DNA from: a virus
Taxonomy: Duplodnaviria; Caudoviricetes
Reading direction: 5' to 3' (one strand)
IMG/VR virus record: IMGVR_UViG_3300036820_000468
Location: 1-52,508 of that record
DNA length: 52,508 nucleotides
The notes below the pieces were generated by a model that did not search any database, had not been told where the DNA came from, and worked only from the letters and a program-made list of their open reading frames with translations. Below, in pieces: positions 37,062 to 46,487 of this stretch (the first letter of the stretch is position 1; the number at the start of each line of letters is the position of its first letter). Made by a program: the position numbers and the translations under genes.

Positions 37062-37443
37062 ACTGCTCTACGTACTCCGCGGCCTTACGCATAAGGGCTG
37101 CATTGTCCCTAAACGCGCCGAGGCCGCGATTACAATGGATACAAAGAAGCGCGCGGAAGGCCCGCGTCTCATGGTCATGGTCGATGTGCAGCCCCGTTGA
37201 ATCGGGCTCCATGCCACAAAGGGCACAGAGTCCTTTTTGCGCCAGAATGAACTCAACGTATTTTTTGCCGTCAACTCCGTATGAACGTATCTTGTTGCGT
37301 TTATTATTCTGCCGTGAATCGCACGGCATGCAAGTAGTGCGGCGGTAGCCATTGCTTACCCGGAATGGTCCAGTACTGCCGCACTTAGTGCATGGCGGTT
37401 CGCCAAAAGCTCGAGCGCTATCTTTTTTGCTACTTTTAGGCAT
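37021..37443 (-). CDS. Endonuclease VII-family (recombination endonuclease) homing-type nuclease
   Basis: Q.G.CALC, LHIDHDH.T...RALLC..CNRGLG.FRDN; TGnTATAAT 5 nt before ATG. Confidence 0.9.
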   Translation of the reverse strand: MPKSSKKDSARAFGEPPCTKCGSTGPFRVSNGYRRTTCMPCDSRQNNKRNKIRSYGVDGKKYVEFILAQKGLCALCGMEPDSTGLHIDHDHETRAFRALLCIHCNRGLGAFRDNAALMRKAAEYVEQYAIRFKSSGEVGV

Positions 37444-37457
37444 AGCCCATTATAGCA

Positions 37458-37508
37458 TTGCCCCGTAGCAAAGGCCCATTTTTCTTGTGCACGGCTTACA
37501 AACGGCAT
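37458..37508 (-). pseudogene. Orphaned duplicate 5' end of the 36813..37061 gene
   Basis: MPFVSRAQEKWAFATGQ vs MPFVSKAQERWAFSTHQ, 13/17 identical; TAATG-coupled to the upstream gene. Confidence 0.8.
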
Positions 37509-37738
37509 TAGCGTTTACTGCGGCGGCTGTTCCGGCGTTTACGTCGTGAAGAAAGCCGTTTCATATTGAGCGCGAACTGCGCTTTCTTCGCCAGCTTGCC
37601 GCCCTTACGGATGTTCTTACGGTCCTGGGCCTCTGTGTGATGCCCGTAGGATCCGATCGTGCCCCGGCGTTTCATTGACGCCCGTGCCCGCTTGAGCGAA
37701 CGATTGACCTTGCGTTTTTTCTGCGCTACCGAAGCCAC
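37508..37738 (-). CDS. Highly basic protamine-like protein
   Basis: 76 aa, Lys/Arg-rich; GKLAKKAQFALN core. Confidence 0.75.
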   Translation of the reverse strand: MASVAQKKRKVNRSLKRARASMKRRGTIGSYGHHTEAQDRKNIRKGGKLAKKAQFALNMKRLSSRRKRRNSRRSKR

Positions 37739-37740
37739 GA

Positions 37741-37995
37741 TTATAGCCCTAAGCTCGCTGCAGCCGGACCACCGTTCTTCACGACGACGATCGTACCCGG
37801 ATCGTTCTCGTAGGAAAGCGTGCCGACAACGACGGCCTGGCCTGCCAGGTAGTTTGCTTCGTCTTGCTCGGTCGTTTCGATGTTTTGCAGCGCGACGGTG
37901 CCGATGCTGCCGATATTGACCCCGCTGCCTTTAAGCCCGGCAAGGATGCTACCCAAACCGGCCAGCGCGGCGGCGATGATTGCGGTGATTCCCAT
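37741..37995 (-). CDS. Hypothetical protein with hydrophobic N-terminus
   Basis: In lysis cluster. Confidence 0.7.
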   Translation of the reverse strand: MGITAIIAAALAGLGSILAGLKGSGVNIGSIGTVALQNIETTEQDEANYLAGQAVVVGTLSYENDPGTIVVVKNGGPAAASLGL

Positions 37996-37998
37996 TCT

Positions 37999-38304
37999 CT
38001 AAGGTCCTTTCTTTGCCAGTACGTCAGACGTCGAAACGACGTTGGTCGCGACGGTCGTGCCGGCGGCGTTGACGATCGGAAGGTTCGGCGCGAGCGGCCC
38101 CGCCTGGACGCCGGTCTGCACCGCGCCCTTGGTCTGCTTGGAGATCGCGTTGATGATCTGACCCAAGGCCAGAACGCCGACGGCGATGAGCAACGAGAGC
38201 TGGGTGCCGTGCCCCGGCCACAGCGCGTCGAGCTGCGCGCCGGTCAACGAGGTGAGGAAGGCCACGACCGCCGTCAAGATCGTGACCCACGTCGAAGCCT
38301 CCAT
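37999..38304 (-). CDS. Holin-like protein with two TM helices
   Basis: MEASTWVTILTAVVAFL...LLIAVGVLALGQII; near endolysin. Confidence 0.6.
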   Translation of the reverse strand: MEASTWVTILTAVVAFLTSLTGAQLDALWPGHGTQLSLLIAVGVLALGQIINAISKQTKGAVQTGVQAGPLAPNLPIVNAAGTTVATNVVSTSDVLAKKGP

Positions 38305-38305
38305 G

Positions 38306-38722
38306 CTAGGAGAGGCCTGAAGTATCGGCGGCGCCCGTCTTGGGATCGACGGGAACGGCAGTCGGCACGCCGGTCGTCGGATGCGAAACGACGGTTTGCC
38401 CCGGGCCCGGAGTGACATCGGACGGAGCGCCACCGGCGCCCTGCGCGGCGGTGTCGAGGCTCTGGAGGCTCGTCTGAAGCGCGGTAAGGTTCGTGCCGAG
38501 CGCCTGCGCGGCGGCCAGCGCGTTCGGATCGCCGTTTTGAATCAGCGTGATAAGGTTGTCCACGTCGGTCGTGAGCTGCGTGGCAACGCCCTGCACCGCC
38601 GCCAACGTGGCGGTGTCGGCTGCGAGAACCTGGTCGATTTCTGACATGATGTTTTTTAGCTTCTCCTCTATGCTAGCGAGCGTTCTAGGAATATCTAGGA
38701 AGGCTTTGAGCCATTTCCACAT
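38306..38722 (-). CDS. Coiled-coil hypothetical protein
   Basis: TGG-TAGAAT-6-ATG; heptad pattern. Confidence 0.7.
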   Translation of the reverse strand: MWKWLKAFLDIPRTLASIEEKLKNIMSEIDQVLAADTATLAAVQGVATQLTTDVDNLITLIQNGDPNALAAAQALGTNLTALQTSLQSLDTAAQGAGGAPSDVTPGPGQTVVSHPTTGVPTAVPVDPKTGAADTSGLS

Positions 38723-38741
38723 AGCCCGATTCTACCAGAGC

Positions 38742-38900
38742 TTAGTGAGGGATGCGCAATACGGCGTAGCCCAGGATGCCGATCAGCACCAGCGGCAGAA
38801 TCCAGCCCAGATTCCAACGGGTATTCGGCGCCGCCGGCTGGCCGAAATACGCAGCGACGAGCCACGCGCCGATGTAGAGTGCCCAGAAAATGAAGTTCAT
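38742..38900 (-). CDS. 52-aa two-TM membrane protein (holin candidate)
   Basis: AGGAGG RBS; MNFIFWALYIGAWLVAAYFG...WILPLVLIGILGYAVL. Confidence 0.7.
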   Translation of the reverse strand: MNFIFWALYIGAWLVAAYFGQPAAPNTRWNLGWILPLVLIGILGYAVLRIPH

Positions 38901-38909
38901 GTTTTCCTC

Positions 38910-39332
38910 CTAGTAACCCACGACTTGAATGTGCAAGTGGTCTGAGTCGTTGTCCACAAAGAGCTTACTCTGTGGATTGTACCCGCCGCACTGCGCAGCG
39001 TAATCCTGGAACGGGCCGCCCAAGCCGATCCCGAGCGCGAGATCGTTGTTCTGGGCGTCCTCGATAAGGTGCAAGCGCGCACTGTTCCAGAGGTCGATCG
39101 CATTGCCGCCCTCATGACCGTTCGGACCATCGGGTGTCGGATGGTCAGAGCGAACGGCCGTGACCGTAAGCTGGTTCTGCCACACGCCGTCGCGGATATG
39201 CAACTGCGCGTCGAGCATTGCGATAAGCGTGTCGGTTGTTAGATTTGGATCGAGCAGATCCGACTTCTGCGTGTCGTCAGTAAAGAGTAAGTGATCGACG
39301 ACCCACTGGCGCTCTTGTTGTGTCACGGCCAT
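38910..39332 (-). CDS. Putative endolysin, M15-like Zn peptidase
   Basis: R...GHEGGNAID...DHLHI (H-x6-D, HxH zinc motif); flanked by membrane genes. Confidence 0.75.
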   Translation of the reverse strand: MAVTQQERQWVVDHLLFTDDTQKSDLLDPNLTTDTLIAMLDAQLHIRDGVWQNQLTVTAVRSDHPTPDGPNGHEGGNAIDLWNSARLHLIEDAQNNDLALGIGLGGPFQDYAAQCGGYNPQSKLFVDNDSDHLHIQVVGY

Positions 39333-39336
39333 GTTT

Positions 39337-39555
39337 TTACCGGACCCCCGTTTCAGTGATAGTCATAAAGTGCGTAACGATGACGGTGAGAACCACGCTA
39401 AAACCGGACACAATAACCGACACTAGGATTCTTGTGATGTTCGCGGCGATCTGGTCGTACCGTTTTTCCATGACATCGACCTTTCGTTCTACCGCAGCCA
39501 AACGAAACTCGTACACGTTTTTGGCGTCGGCATGGATCTCACTCCAATCGGTCAT
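39337..39555 (-). CDS. Coiled-coil plus C-terminal TM protein (XhlA/holin-like)
   Basis: RLAAVERKVD then a hydrophobic segment. Confidence 0.6.
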   Translation of the reverse strand: MTDWSEIHADAKNVYEFRLAAVERKVDVMEKRYDQIAANITRILVSVIVSGFSVVLTVIVTHFMTITETGVR

Positions 39556-39597
39556 CGCTCGACCGGCTTTAGGACTGCCTTGCCGTTACCCACGACA

Positions 39598-41781
39598 TTA
39601 CGGCCCTACGCACGGCTTGCCGCTTGTGCAGCGGTGCAGAATATCGAAGTCGCTGCTCGCACCGCCGAACGTGAGTGAGGCTAGGAAGGTTCCCACCGCC
39701 GAGTCGATGTTATCGTTGCCTGAGGGATCGAGCCCAAGGAATAACTCGAAGCTCCCGCCGCTGTGTGAGTCGCCAACGTACCACGGGTACTTCTTCGCCG
39801 CAATGCACAAAGCGTTCGCCTGAGCATCGATGGGGCAAGAGAACCCCGGCTTCAATCGCAGCGCGTCGCCAAGTTCTAAACAGTTCGCGACGTTCGTCCC
39901 GCAGCTACCGGCTGCGTTGCCGTTACCGGGTGAGATGTTCACGCCATTGGTGCCGTTGAGCAACACGCTCGTCGGCACGGATAAGAACCCGGGATGGGCC
40001 AGCGGCGTTCCCGCTGCAGCATCTACGAACTCGTCGCTGTAATACACGAACGCCAGGCCGCCGAATCCGCCGACGCCCCAGTTGTCGAACTTGTTTACGA
40101 AGTTCCGAACGTAGGTTGTGTCGAGCAAGTCGATGAGGCCGTTGTAGCTGACGAATCCGGTACCGTTCCACTTACCGCCGCCGCCTTCGTAAAGCGTGCA
40201 GGTTTCGGTGTTGAGCGTCGTCCAGTGGCAATCGCCCGAGCAGGTCGTACCCTTATTCGTTCCCTCGAGCGCGAATGATCCGCCGACCCACGGAACCTTT
40301 GCGTTTGCGCCGCCGGTTCCGGTTGTCGAGTTCGCGCTTATCGGCGGGTTGTGTCCACCATTGGTACCGACTGTATAGAGCGTAGTCGGATTAGTCGCGA
40401 GGTTGACGATCTCCAGAAGCGCCAGCGCGTGCGTCGAACTCTCAAACGATTGCGCGCCGAGGTTTGATTGAATCGACCCGCTATTCGAATCGACGGTGAA
40501 CGAGGAGGTATCGAGATTGATAATCGAGTCAGGCGTACCCGCGTTACCGTAGACTTGGCAACCTTGATAGGTGAAGATTCCCGGAACAGGCGTCGGTGTG
40601 GGCGCCGGTGTCGGAGTAGGTGTGGGCGTAGGGCTCGGCGTCGGTGTCGGGCTGGGGGTAGGCGAGGGCGTCGGGGTTGAAACCGTTACTGTTAGCGTTG
40701 CGGTATTCGCGCCGAAGCCCGTCACGGTAATCGTGCACGTTCCATTCGCAACCGACGCAATCTGTAACAGCGCTGCAGGGCCGGTTCCAGACGCGGGCGA
40801 GAGCGACGCGATCGGCGCAGGTGTCGCACAACCGGACCAGTTGAATGTACCGGTCCAACGCGGCTCGCTGACCGTTACAAGACGCGATTGCCCAAACGCG
40901 CCATTGAAGCCGGGAAGCGGCGAAGGCGACGTTGTAATCGCACCGGGTGTAGCTGTCGGCGTCGGTGTCGGTGTCGGCGTCGGGCTGGGTGTCGGTGTGG
41001 GAGAAGGCGTCGGTGATGGCGTCGGCCCGACACCGCTAAGAGCGATGGCAAGCGTCGTCGTCTCGCGCGTCGTTCCGGTGAACGTCCAACTAATGTTCTG
41101 CGACCCAGACGATCGGCTTGCGGCGTACACCGCGCCCGCTGCGTTGATGCCGGGTGCGCCGCATAGGACCGCGCTCAAGCAAGTAAGATCGACGGTATAA
41201 CCCGAAGGCGCCGTAACCCCTGACGTGCCGGTCGCTGATTGAAAACTCCCTGAGACGATGAGATCGAGCGTGTGGGTCGGAGAGATCGCGACTGTTTGCG
41301 TCCCCGTACCGCCCTCGGCTCCGGCGTGGGTGTCAATCGCTAAAGACGTACCGGTCAGTTCCCACACGAATACGACGTGATCGGTGGCCGTCCCGGTAAA
41401 CGGGGTAACGGTCGCAGTGTCACCGGAGACGACGCGATAGCAGTCGAGGCCATCGACGTAACTCGCCGAGACAAGCTGAATCAATGTCCAACCGGTATTG
41501 CACGATGGTGTATTAATTTCATCGCCGACCATTGCGAGCATGACGTTGCTCGTCGTGGGCACAGCGCCGAACGTACACGAGTTACTCGCCCCCGAATGGC
41601 AGAACTGGACGAACTGCGGGCCGCTAGGCGTTGGGGTAGCAGTCGGCGTTGGAAGGGTTGAGCAACAATACGGCTGCGCGGTGACAGCCACTAAAACTTG
41701 AGCGCGCGCGGGAACGAAACCCGCGTACGTGCTAAGAAGCACGGCGGTAACGAACAGCGCGACGGCGATAAGGCGCTTCAA
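39598..41781 (-). CDS. Large multi-domain beta-rich protein with Sec signal peptide and PT linkers
   Basis: TTG start MKRLIAVALFVTAVLL...ARA|Q; three Pro-Thr repeat linkers; many Cys. Confidence 0.8.
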   Translation of the reverse strand: MKRLIAVALFVTAVLLSTYAGFVPARAQVLVAVTAQPYCCSTLPTPTATPTPSGPQFVQFCHSGASNSCTFGAVPTTSNVMLAMVGDEINTPSCNTGWTLIQLVSASYVDGLDCYRVVSGDTATVTPFTGTATDHVVFVWELTGTSLAIDTHAGAEGGTGTQTVAISPTHTLDLIVSGSFQSATGTSGVTAPSGYTVDLTCLSAVLCGAPGINAAGAVYAASRSSGSQNISWTFTGTTRETTTLAIALSGVGPTPSPTPSPTPTPSPTPTPTPTPTATPGAITTSPSPLPGFNGAFGQSRLVTVSEPRWTGTFNWSGCATPAPIASLSPASGTGPAALLQIASVANGTCTITVTGFGANTATLTVTVSTPTPSPTPSPTPTPSPTPTPTPTPAPTPTPVPGIFTYQGCQVYGNAGTPDSIINLDTSSFTVDSNSGSIQSNLGAQSFESSTHALALLEIVNLATNPTTLYTVGTNGGHNPPISANSTTGTGGANAKVPWVGGSFALEGTNKGTTCSGDCHWTTLNTETCTLYEGGGGKWNGTGFVSYNGLIDLLDTTYVRNFVNKFDNWGVGGFGGLAFVYYSDEFVDAAAGTPLAHPGFLSVPTSVLLNGTNGVNISPGNGNAAGSCGTNVANCLELGDALRLKPGFSCPIDAQANALCIAAKKYPWYVGDSHSGGSFELFLGLDPSGNDNIDSAVGTFLASLTFGGASSDFDILHRCTSGKPCVGP

Positions 41782-41782
41782 G

Positions 41783-43552
41783 CTACGGAAATCCTGCCGC
41801 GATAGCGTGGGTGCAAATATCCGCATTCGATAGCGCTGATGAATAGAGCGCCACTTTCCCGACGGTTACGAGGCCGACCCCGCCACCATCGGTCTGTGCT
41901 GGCCCAGTTCCTACCGCTCCACTTTCCGCCTGTGTAGCAAAGAGCATACAGTTTTGGTAGAACCGGAAGTTGGTTCCATCGTAGGTAAGGTCGAAAAGCA
42001 TTGGTGTCCCTTGCTGTAAAACAAAGGAAGGAGACAAGAAAAAGCTATTCTGGCTACTTCCGCTGCCCCAAAAGATTTTGAAATTGCTTGAGTTTGAAAT
42101 CCACTGAACGCCTGTTATTCCCGTGGAGGGAAGGCCGTTACTACAAAAAGACTGATTCCCGTTTACGGCCGCATAATTAACGGCGAGGCATTCAATCGTG
42201 AAGTTTCCAGTGAGCGTTGAACTTAAGGTGGCTATCGCGCTTGCGCTTGCTGGGTAGTTCACTCCATGCAAACTATTGCCAAGCGACCCGCCAAAAACAG
42301 GCGACCCGGAGTAAGTCCCGTTATTTGAACCCTTTACGTCGGTCCACGTTGTTCCCGACGTTTCTTCGCTGGGATAGTATGCCACTAGCGTGGACTCCGC
42401 TTCGATCACCGCATCGTAGGAGGCATCCGAAATCCCACCGCCACCGCTTGCGCTAAAGATGTACGGCCACGAACCGGTGATTGTGACATTTGTTCCTGCA
42501 GTTGGGGAAGGCGTCGCCTGCGGCCCAGCCGAGGGGCAAGAAGATGCGTTGCTAGAAGCGTCTGTGCAAACGGCCTGCGACGGCGAGATGTCCCCGCTCT
42601 GCAAATGAATATGACTTGAACCGCCCGAGAGATTGAGCGGGGCACCTTCGAGGTTGAACGCTGCGCCAGACCCCGATTCGAAATCGACTTCGCCGGTACT
42701 CCCGTTCATAAAGAGGTCCGCACCGGCGCTCCCGGCCGATACGGCAACGCTTCCGGTGCCAGCGCTCGCAACGCTAAAGCCTTGATTACTAGCCCCCAGC
42801 CACGAGAACGGCCCACCGCTAAACGCCTGCGCTCCGGTCTGATTGAGACTGCCGATTTGCGATACGTCGACGCTTCCGCCGTCGTCCCCAAAGATATAGT
42901 TCCCGCACAACGCGGATTCGACGACGGCATTGGGACAGACGCTGATGCTATTCGAGTTTGAGTTCAGTCCGCCGGTCCATGCCCACAACGTGTCAACGGC
43001 CGCCGAGCCGACTTGCTCGCTGGGCGGGTTCGCGCTCTGCAGACAAACGACCGACGAACTCGAGAGCGGCGTCGGGCAGGCCGCTGTGCCGCCACCTCCC
43101 CCGCTGGCGCTACGCGCAATCGACGTCGAGCAGATCGCCCAGGCGACCAGCGTTCCGCCGTTACTCGCCCAGGTGAAATACAGCCCGGTCGGCAGATTCG
43201 CGACGTTGCCGGGCGAAACGGCCAGTGCCGCTCCCGACACCGAGATCACGCCGCTGGTGCCAAAGTTGGAGTTGACAATCGGCGAGGCCCCTGGGCCGCT
43301 CCCCTGCGCGTTGCCGTATACCGTAATCGAGGCCGTCGACGTGTCGCCTGCGATGATCGAGCAGTTGTTGAAACGACCATCGAGCGCTAGGACGCCGCTC
43401 TGCCCTGAGGCGGCGGTCGTACTGATGATAGGGGTTATGATAGGCGCGCTGACGTTCTGAGCCCTCGAAACAGTCGGGGGCCATGATCCGGCTATCAGCG
43501 CCAACAGAAGCGCGAGAGCGCCCAGGAATGCCCCTAAGCGGGTGCTTTTCAT
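41783..43552 (-). CDS. Signal-peptide-bearing protein with C-terminal LamG/concanavalin-like domain
   Basis: MKSTRLGAFLGALALLLALIAG...SRA|Q; LVAYYP..ETSGT...D..G.N.GTY, FTIE, LTYDGT, VALYSSALS; GAGGAGG RBS. Confidence 0.82.
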   Translation of the reverse strand: MKSTRLGAFLGALALLLALIAGSWPPTVSRAQNVSAPIITPIISTTAASGQSGVLALDGRFNNCSIIAGDTSTASITVYGNAQGSGPGASPIVNSNFGTSGVISVSGAALAVSPGNVANLPTGLYFTWASNGGTLVAWAICSTSIARSASGGGGGTAACPTPLSSSSVVCLQSANPPSEQVGSAAVDTLWAWTGGLNSNSNSISVCPNAVVESALCGNYIFGDDGGSVDVSQIGSLNQTGAQAFSGGPFSWLGASNQGFSVASAGTGSVAVSAGSAGADLFMNGSTGEVDFESGSGAAFNLEGAPLNLSGGSSHIHLQSGDISPSQAVCTDASSNASSCPSAGPQATPSPTAGTNVTITGSWPYIFSASGGGGISDASYDAVIEAESTLVAYYPSEETSGTTWTDVKGSNNGTYSGSPVFGGSLGNSLHGVNYPASASAIATLSSTLTGNFTIECLAVNYAAVNGNQSFCSNGLPSTGITGVQWISNSSNFKIFWGSGSSQNSFFLSPSFVLQQGTPMLFDLTYDGTNFRFYQNCMLFATQAESGAVGTGPAQTDGGGVGLVTVGKVALYSSALSNADICTHAIAAGFP

Positions 43553-43595
43553 TGCAGACCTCCTCTGCGGCTATTGTATCAAGGGGGGAGAACGA

Positions 43596-46487
43596 CTAGG
43601 GCCGCGGCCGAAGCGCGTTCCAATCGATGCCGCCCGAAGGCGGCGCCGAAGCGGGAGTCGCCGGAAGCGCAAGCGGCAGCGCGGCAGTCGGAGCGGTCGG
43701 CGACACGTACTGCGTTCGCGTGAACTGCCGCTGGAGTTCCTGGAGGATACCCTTCCATTGGAAACGGCCTATCCCGTTGGCCTCCAAGATCTGTTCTGCT
43801 TCGGGGACGCCCGCAATCGCCGATGAAAAAAGGTAGCCGAGGTCGAGGTGCCCGTTGGGCAGTCTGCGCGGCAACCACCCCTGGCCGTAGGTCGCCCAGT
43901 GCTTAGGGGCGGAACTCGGCGCAAGGACGTCTTGCGCGGCGTTGATACCCGCGGCGATCGGCGCACCGAGGCTCCCTCGCACGAAATCTCCGGGACCCGA
44001 TTCCGTAAAGCGCTCGCCGGGAACGAAGTTCGCGAGGCGCCCAACTTCGGCCGTCGGTGTAAATGCTTCCCAGCCGCCTTGGCCCGGCTGCGGCTTATCG
44101 CCGTACATCACCCCCCCGGTGGCGCGGTTGAGAAACCCCGCGCGCAAGGGACTGCGGGCGACACCGCCGGCAACCGCGCCGGGTATGCCGCCGCGATACG
44201 TCCCGAACGGCGCGATATGCCGAGCGAGATTTTGTAACGGCGTTCGGTACTGATAATCAACGAGCCGTTTCTCCGCCATGCCGCCTGCTTGCAACGGCGT
44301 CTTGGCCTCACCGCTCGCGAGAAGACGCTCCGCGTACGTCTGCCGGATCCCCTCGGAAACGGACCATACGAGGTTGTTCATGTTCTTGGTCCACCACCGC
44401 AAGCCAGGAACCTTTTGAAAGAACGGCTTGCGTTCGGCGAAGTTACCGACGCCCGCGCCCAACCGTCGCCCGGGAGCGGTAAGGCGATAGTATTCCTTCT
44501 CGTTGCCGCTCGTCTGCGCCGCGAATATCTTTTTGGCAAGCGTCATCGCCTTTGCGAAAAACTGCGGCTGCTCGGCGAGCGGAACGGTATTCATCGCCAT
44601 GTCGATTTCGTTCCAAGCATGACCCGGTGTGATTCCAATAAGCGATGCACGTGGCCAGCCGATGATGGCTCGAATGTATTTCTTGGTCTTGCCCCAGTCG
44701 TCGAGCTTATTTCCTGTAGCAGCTATTTCTTCTTTAAAGAGGCCGGAAATGGCGGGGTCGTCCAACAGAGAGCCGAGATTATCGTTGAGAGCTTTCGTGC
44801 GGACTTGGCGCCCAAGGTTGTCGGCCATCGCCTCAAAGCCTTGCTCAAGTTGCTTGGGGCTTTTTACTTTTAAATCATTACGCTGCACGTTACGCGGGTC
44901 AAAGTGTTCGGCCGGGTTGACGGTGAACGCCTCACGCCCTTCTCCCTCGTCTGCGTAATGCGCGAACGGCATATAGTGCTTGCGGTAGCGCATAAGGCCG
45001 CCTTCGTCGGACTTCGACACAAGGCCGAGAACGTGTGTATACGCCTTGCGAACCTTCGCCATGTGCTCGATCTCCGCAGCATTGGTCGGCAACAGTTTAT
45101 AGCGTGGGCGTGGCTGAAGCGGCGTCACACTTTCGGGGACACCACGAAGTTGCTGGTTCATCGCGGTCTTGATCTCTTCGACGCGGTATTGCAACTCAGG
45201 CGGCAACTTTGCGAACGCTTGACTATCGGTCAACGCTTTGGAGAACCCAACTTTTTCTGCATGACTCATTGTCGCGACCGTCTGGTCATACAGCGACTTG
45301 TAATCAGGCGGAGAGTTCGGGTGAGCCGCACGCTGCCGGGGAATCGGAGGGCCGTACGGCTTCTTGATCCGCGGCATCGCGGGCTCGGGAACGATGGGCG
45401 GTTGGCCCGAGCGGAAATGCCCGGCAACTTCGTCGCGCAACGCCTTATCTTTAATCGACGAGCGCAACGCAATCGAAAGTCCTGTCGCCTGCCGCGTTTT
45501 CCAATCCAGCGCCGTGAGGGTGCGGAGTTGGCGATACGCGGCCTGCTCGCGCGGCGTTAACGGCGCTAACTTCGGCTCCTCGCCCTCGGCGTACTGCCCT
45601 TCGGTTCCAGTATGTTCCTCACCGTTCAACTCTTGCGCGACGCGCTTCTTCTCCGCGTCGGTGAGCGCAGCTCCCGGTACTTTCTTTCTGGTCGTGGGAT
45701 TCACGCCATTCACGATTTGATCGGTACGCCGTTTAACGTGCGCGGCCCAGCGATCACCCTCCGACGTCGCCTGGTGCCCTGCACCCTGCACGCCTTCGAT
45801 CTCCTCGATTGCGGGGAGCATCCGCCCACCGTGTGTCGTCGCTGCGCGCTTTATCGCAGCAGCGCCGCCCCAGTTGAGCGCCTTGAAGGCTGCGCGACCA
45901 GCCATCGTTCCATTGAGCGAACGCGCCGCAGCGGCACGCGCCGCTATCCCGATAGGCGTTTTCATTAACGCGCCAGCGCCCAGCGTTTCATATGTCAACG
46001 GGTCGATTGGAATGTTTATCGCTGCGTCGATGACATTCTGGAGAATCCCGTTTCCGAAATCTTGAATCCTATCCAGCGGCTGATCGATCGCCGGAACGCC
46101 GAAGTCCGTATGCGGATTGTATTCGTAGAACGATTCGAGCCCGGGGATCTTCTCACGGATTGCTTTCATTTGCTCGGGGTAATCGTTCGGGTGCCCAACC
46201 ATTGCACGGCGTACCTTTTCGGCCTGGTAGTCGAGCGCGTTGCTAACGCCTGTCACAACGCGCTTCGTGTTCTCTATGGCCTTTTTTTCGTCGAACGGCG
46301 GCGTTACGCCAGGCGGAGCGCCAATGCGTCCCGAGTAGATAACGGGATTCTTTGCGGGCGGTGTTTGCGGCGCCGGAGCAGCGCCGCGCTTGACGGCCCC
46401 CCAGTTGATTCCGCTACTCGACGGCTGTGGCTGAGTCGTGGGCGGAGATGAACCGCCCTGCCGTACCTTGTTCCAATCGATACTCAC
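43596..46487 (-). CDS. Large internal virion / DNA ejection protein
   Basis: 963 aa, helical, DPLTY motif; last of the ejection-like cluster. Confidence 0.7.
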   Translation of the reverse strand: MSIDWNKVRQGGSSPPTTQPQPSSSGINWGAVKRGAAPAPQTPPAKNPVIYSGRIGAPPGVTPPFDEKKAIENTKRVVTGVSNALDYQAEKVRRAMVGHPNDYPEQMKAIREKIPGLESFYEYNPHTDFGVPAIDQPLDRIQDFGNGILQNVIDAAINIPIDPLTYETLGAGALMKTPIGIAARAAAARSLNGTMAGRAAFKALNWGGAAAIKRAATTHGGRMLPAIEEIEGVQGAGHQATSEGDRWAAHVKRRTDQIVNGVNPTTRKKVPGAALTDAEKKRVAQELNGEEHTGTEGQYAEGEEPKLAPLTPREQAAYRQLRTLTALDWKTRQATGLSIALRSSIKDKALRDEVAGHFRSGQPPIVPEPAMPRIKKPYGPPIPRQRAAHPNSPPDYKSLYDQTVATMSHAEKVGFSKALTDSQAFAKLPPELQYRVEEIKTAMNQQLRGVPESVTPLQPRPRYKLLPTNAAEIEHMAKVRKAYTHVLGLVSKSDEGGLMRYRKHYMPFAHYADEGEGREAFTVNPAEHFDPRNVQRNDLKVKSPKQLEQGFEAMADNLGRQVRTKALNDNLGSLLDDPAISGLFKEEIAATGNKLDDWGKTKKYIRAIIGWPRASLIGITPGHAWNEIDMAMNTVPLAEQPQFFAKAMTLAKKIFAAQTSGNEKEYYRLTAPGRRLGAGVGNFAERKPFFQKVPGLRWWTKNMNNLVWSVSEGIRQTYAERLLASGEAKTPLQAGGMAEKRLVDYQYRTPLQNLARHIAPFGTYRGGIPGAVAGGVARSPLRAGFLNRATGGVMYGDKPQPGQGGWEAFTPTAEVGRLANFVPGERFTESGPGDFVRGSLGAPIAAGINAAQDVLAPSSAPKHWATYGQGWLPRRLPNGHLDLGYLFSSAIAGVPEAEQILEANGIGRFQWKGILQELQRQFTRTQYVSPTAPTAALPLALPATPASAPPSGGIDWNALRPRP

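Noticed and set aside
37021-37508. Group I intron carrying EndoVII
   Set aside because: There is almost no non-coding sequence for a ribozyme core, and the duplicated N-terminus makes splicing unnecessary
38683-38702. TTCTAGGAATATCTAGGAA as a fourth palindromic box
   Set aside because: Inside a CDS, with different spacing and several mismatches to the consensus
40590-41030. Tandem repeats as a possible array or DGR variable region
   Set aside because: They are Pro-Thr linker codons; no reverse transcriptase or template/variable repeat pair was seen
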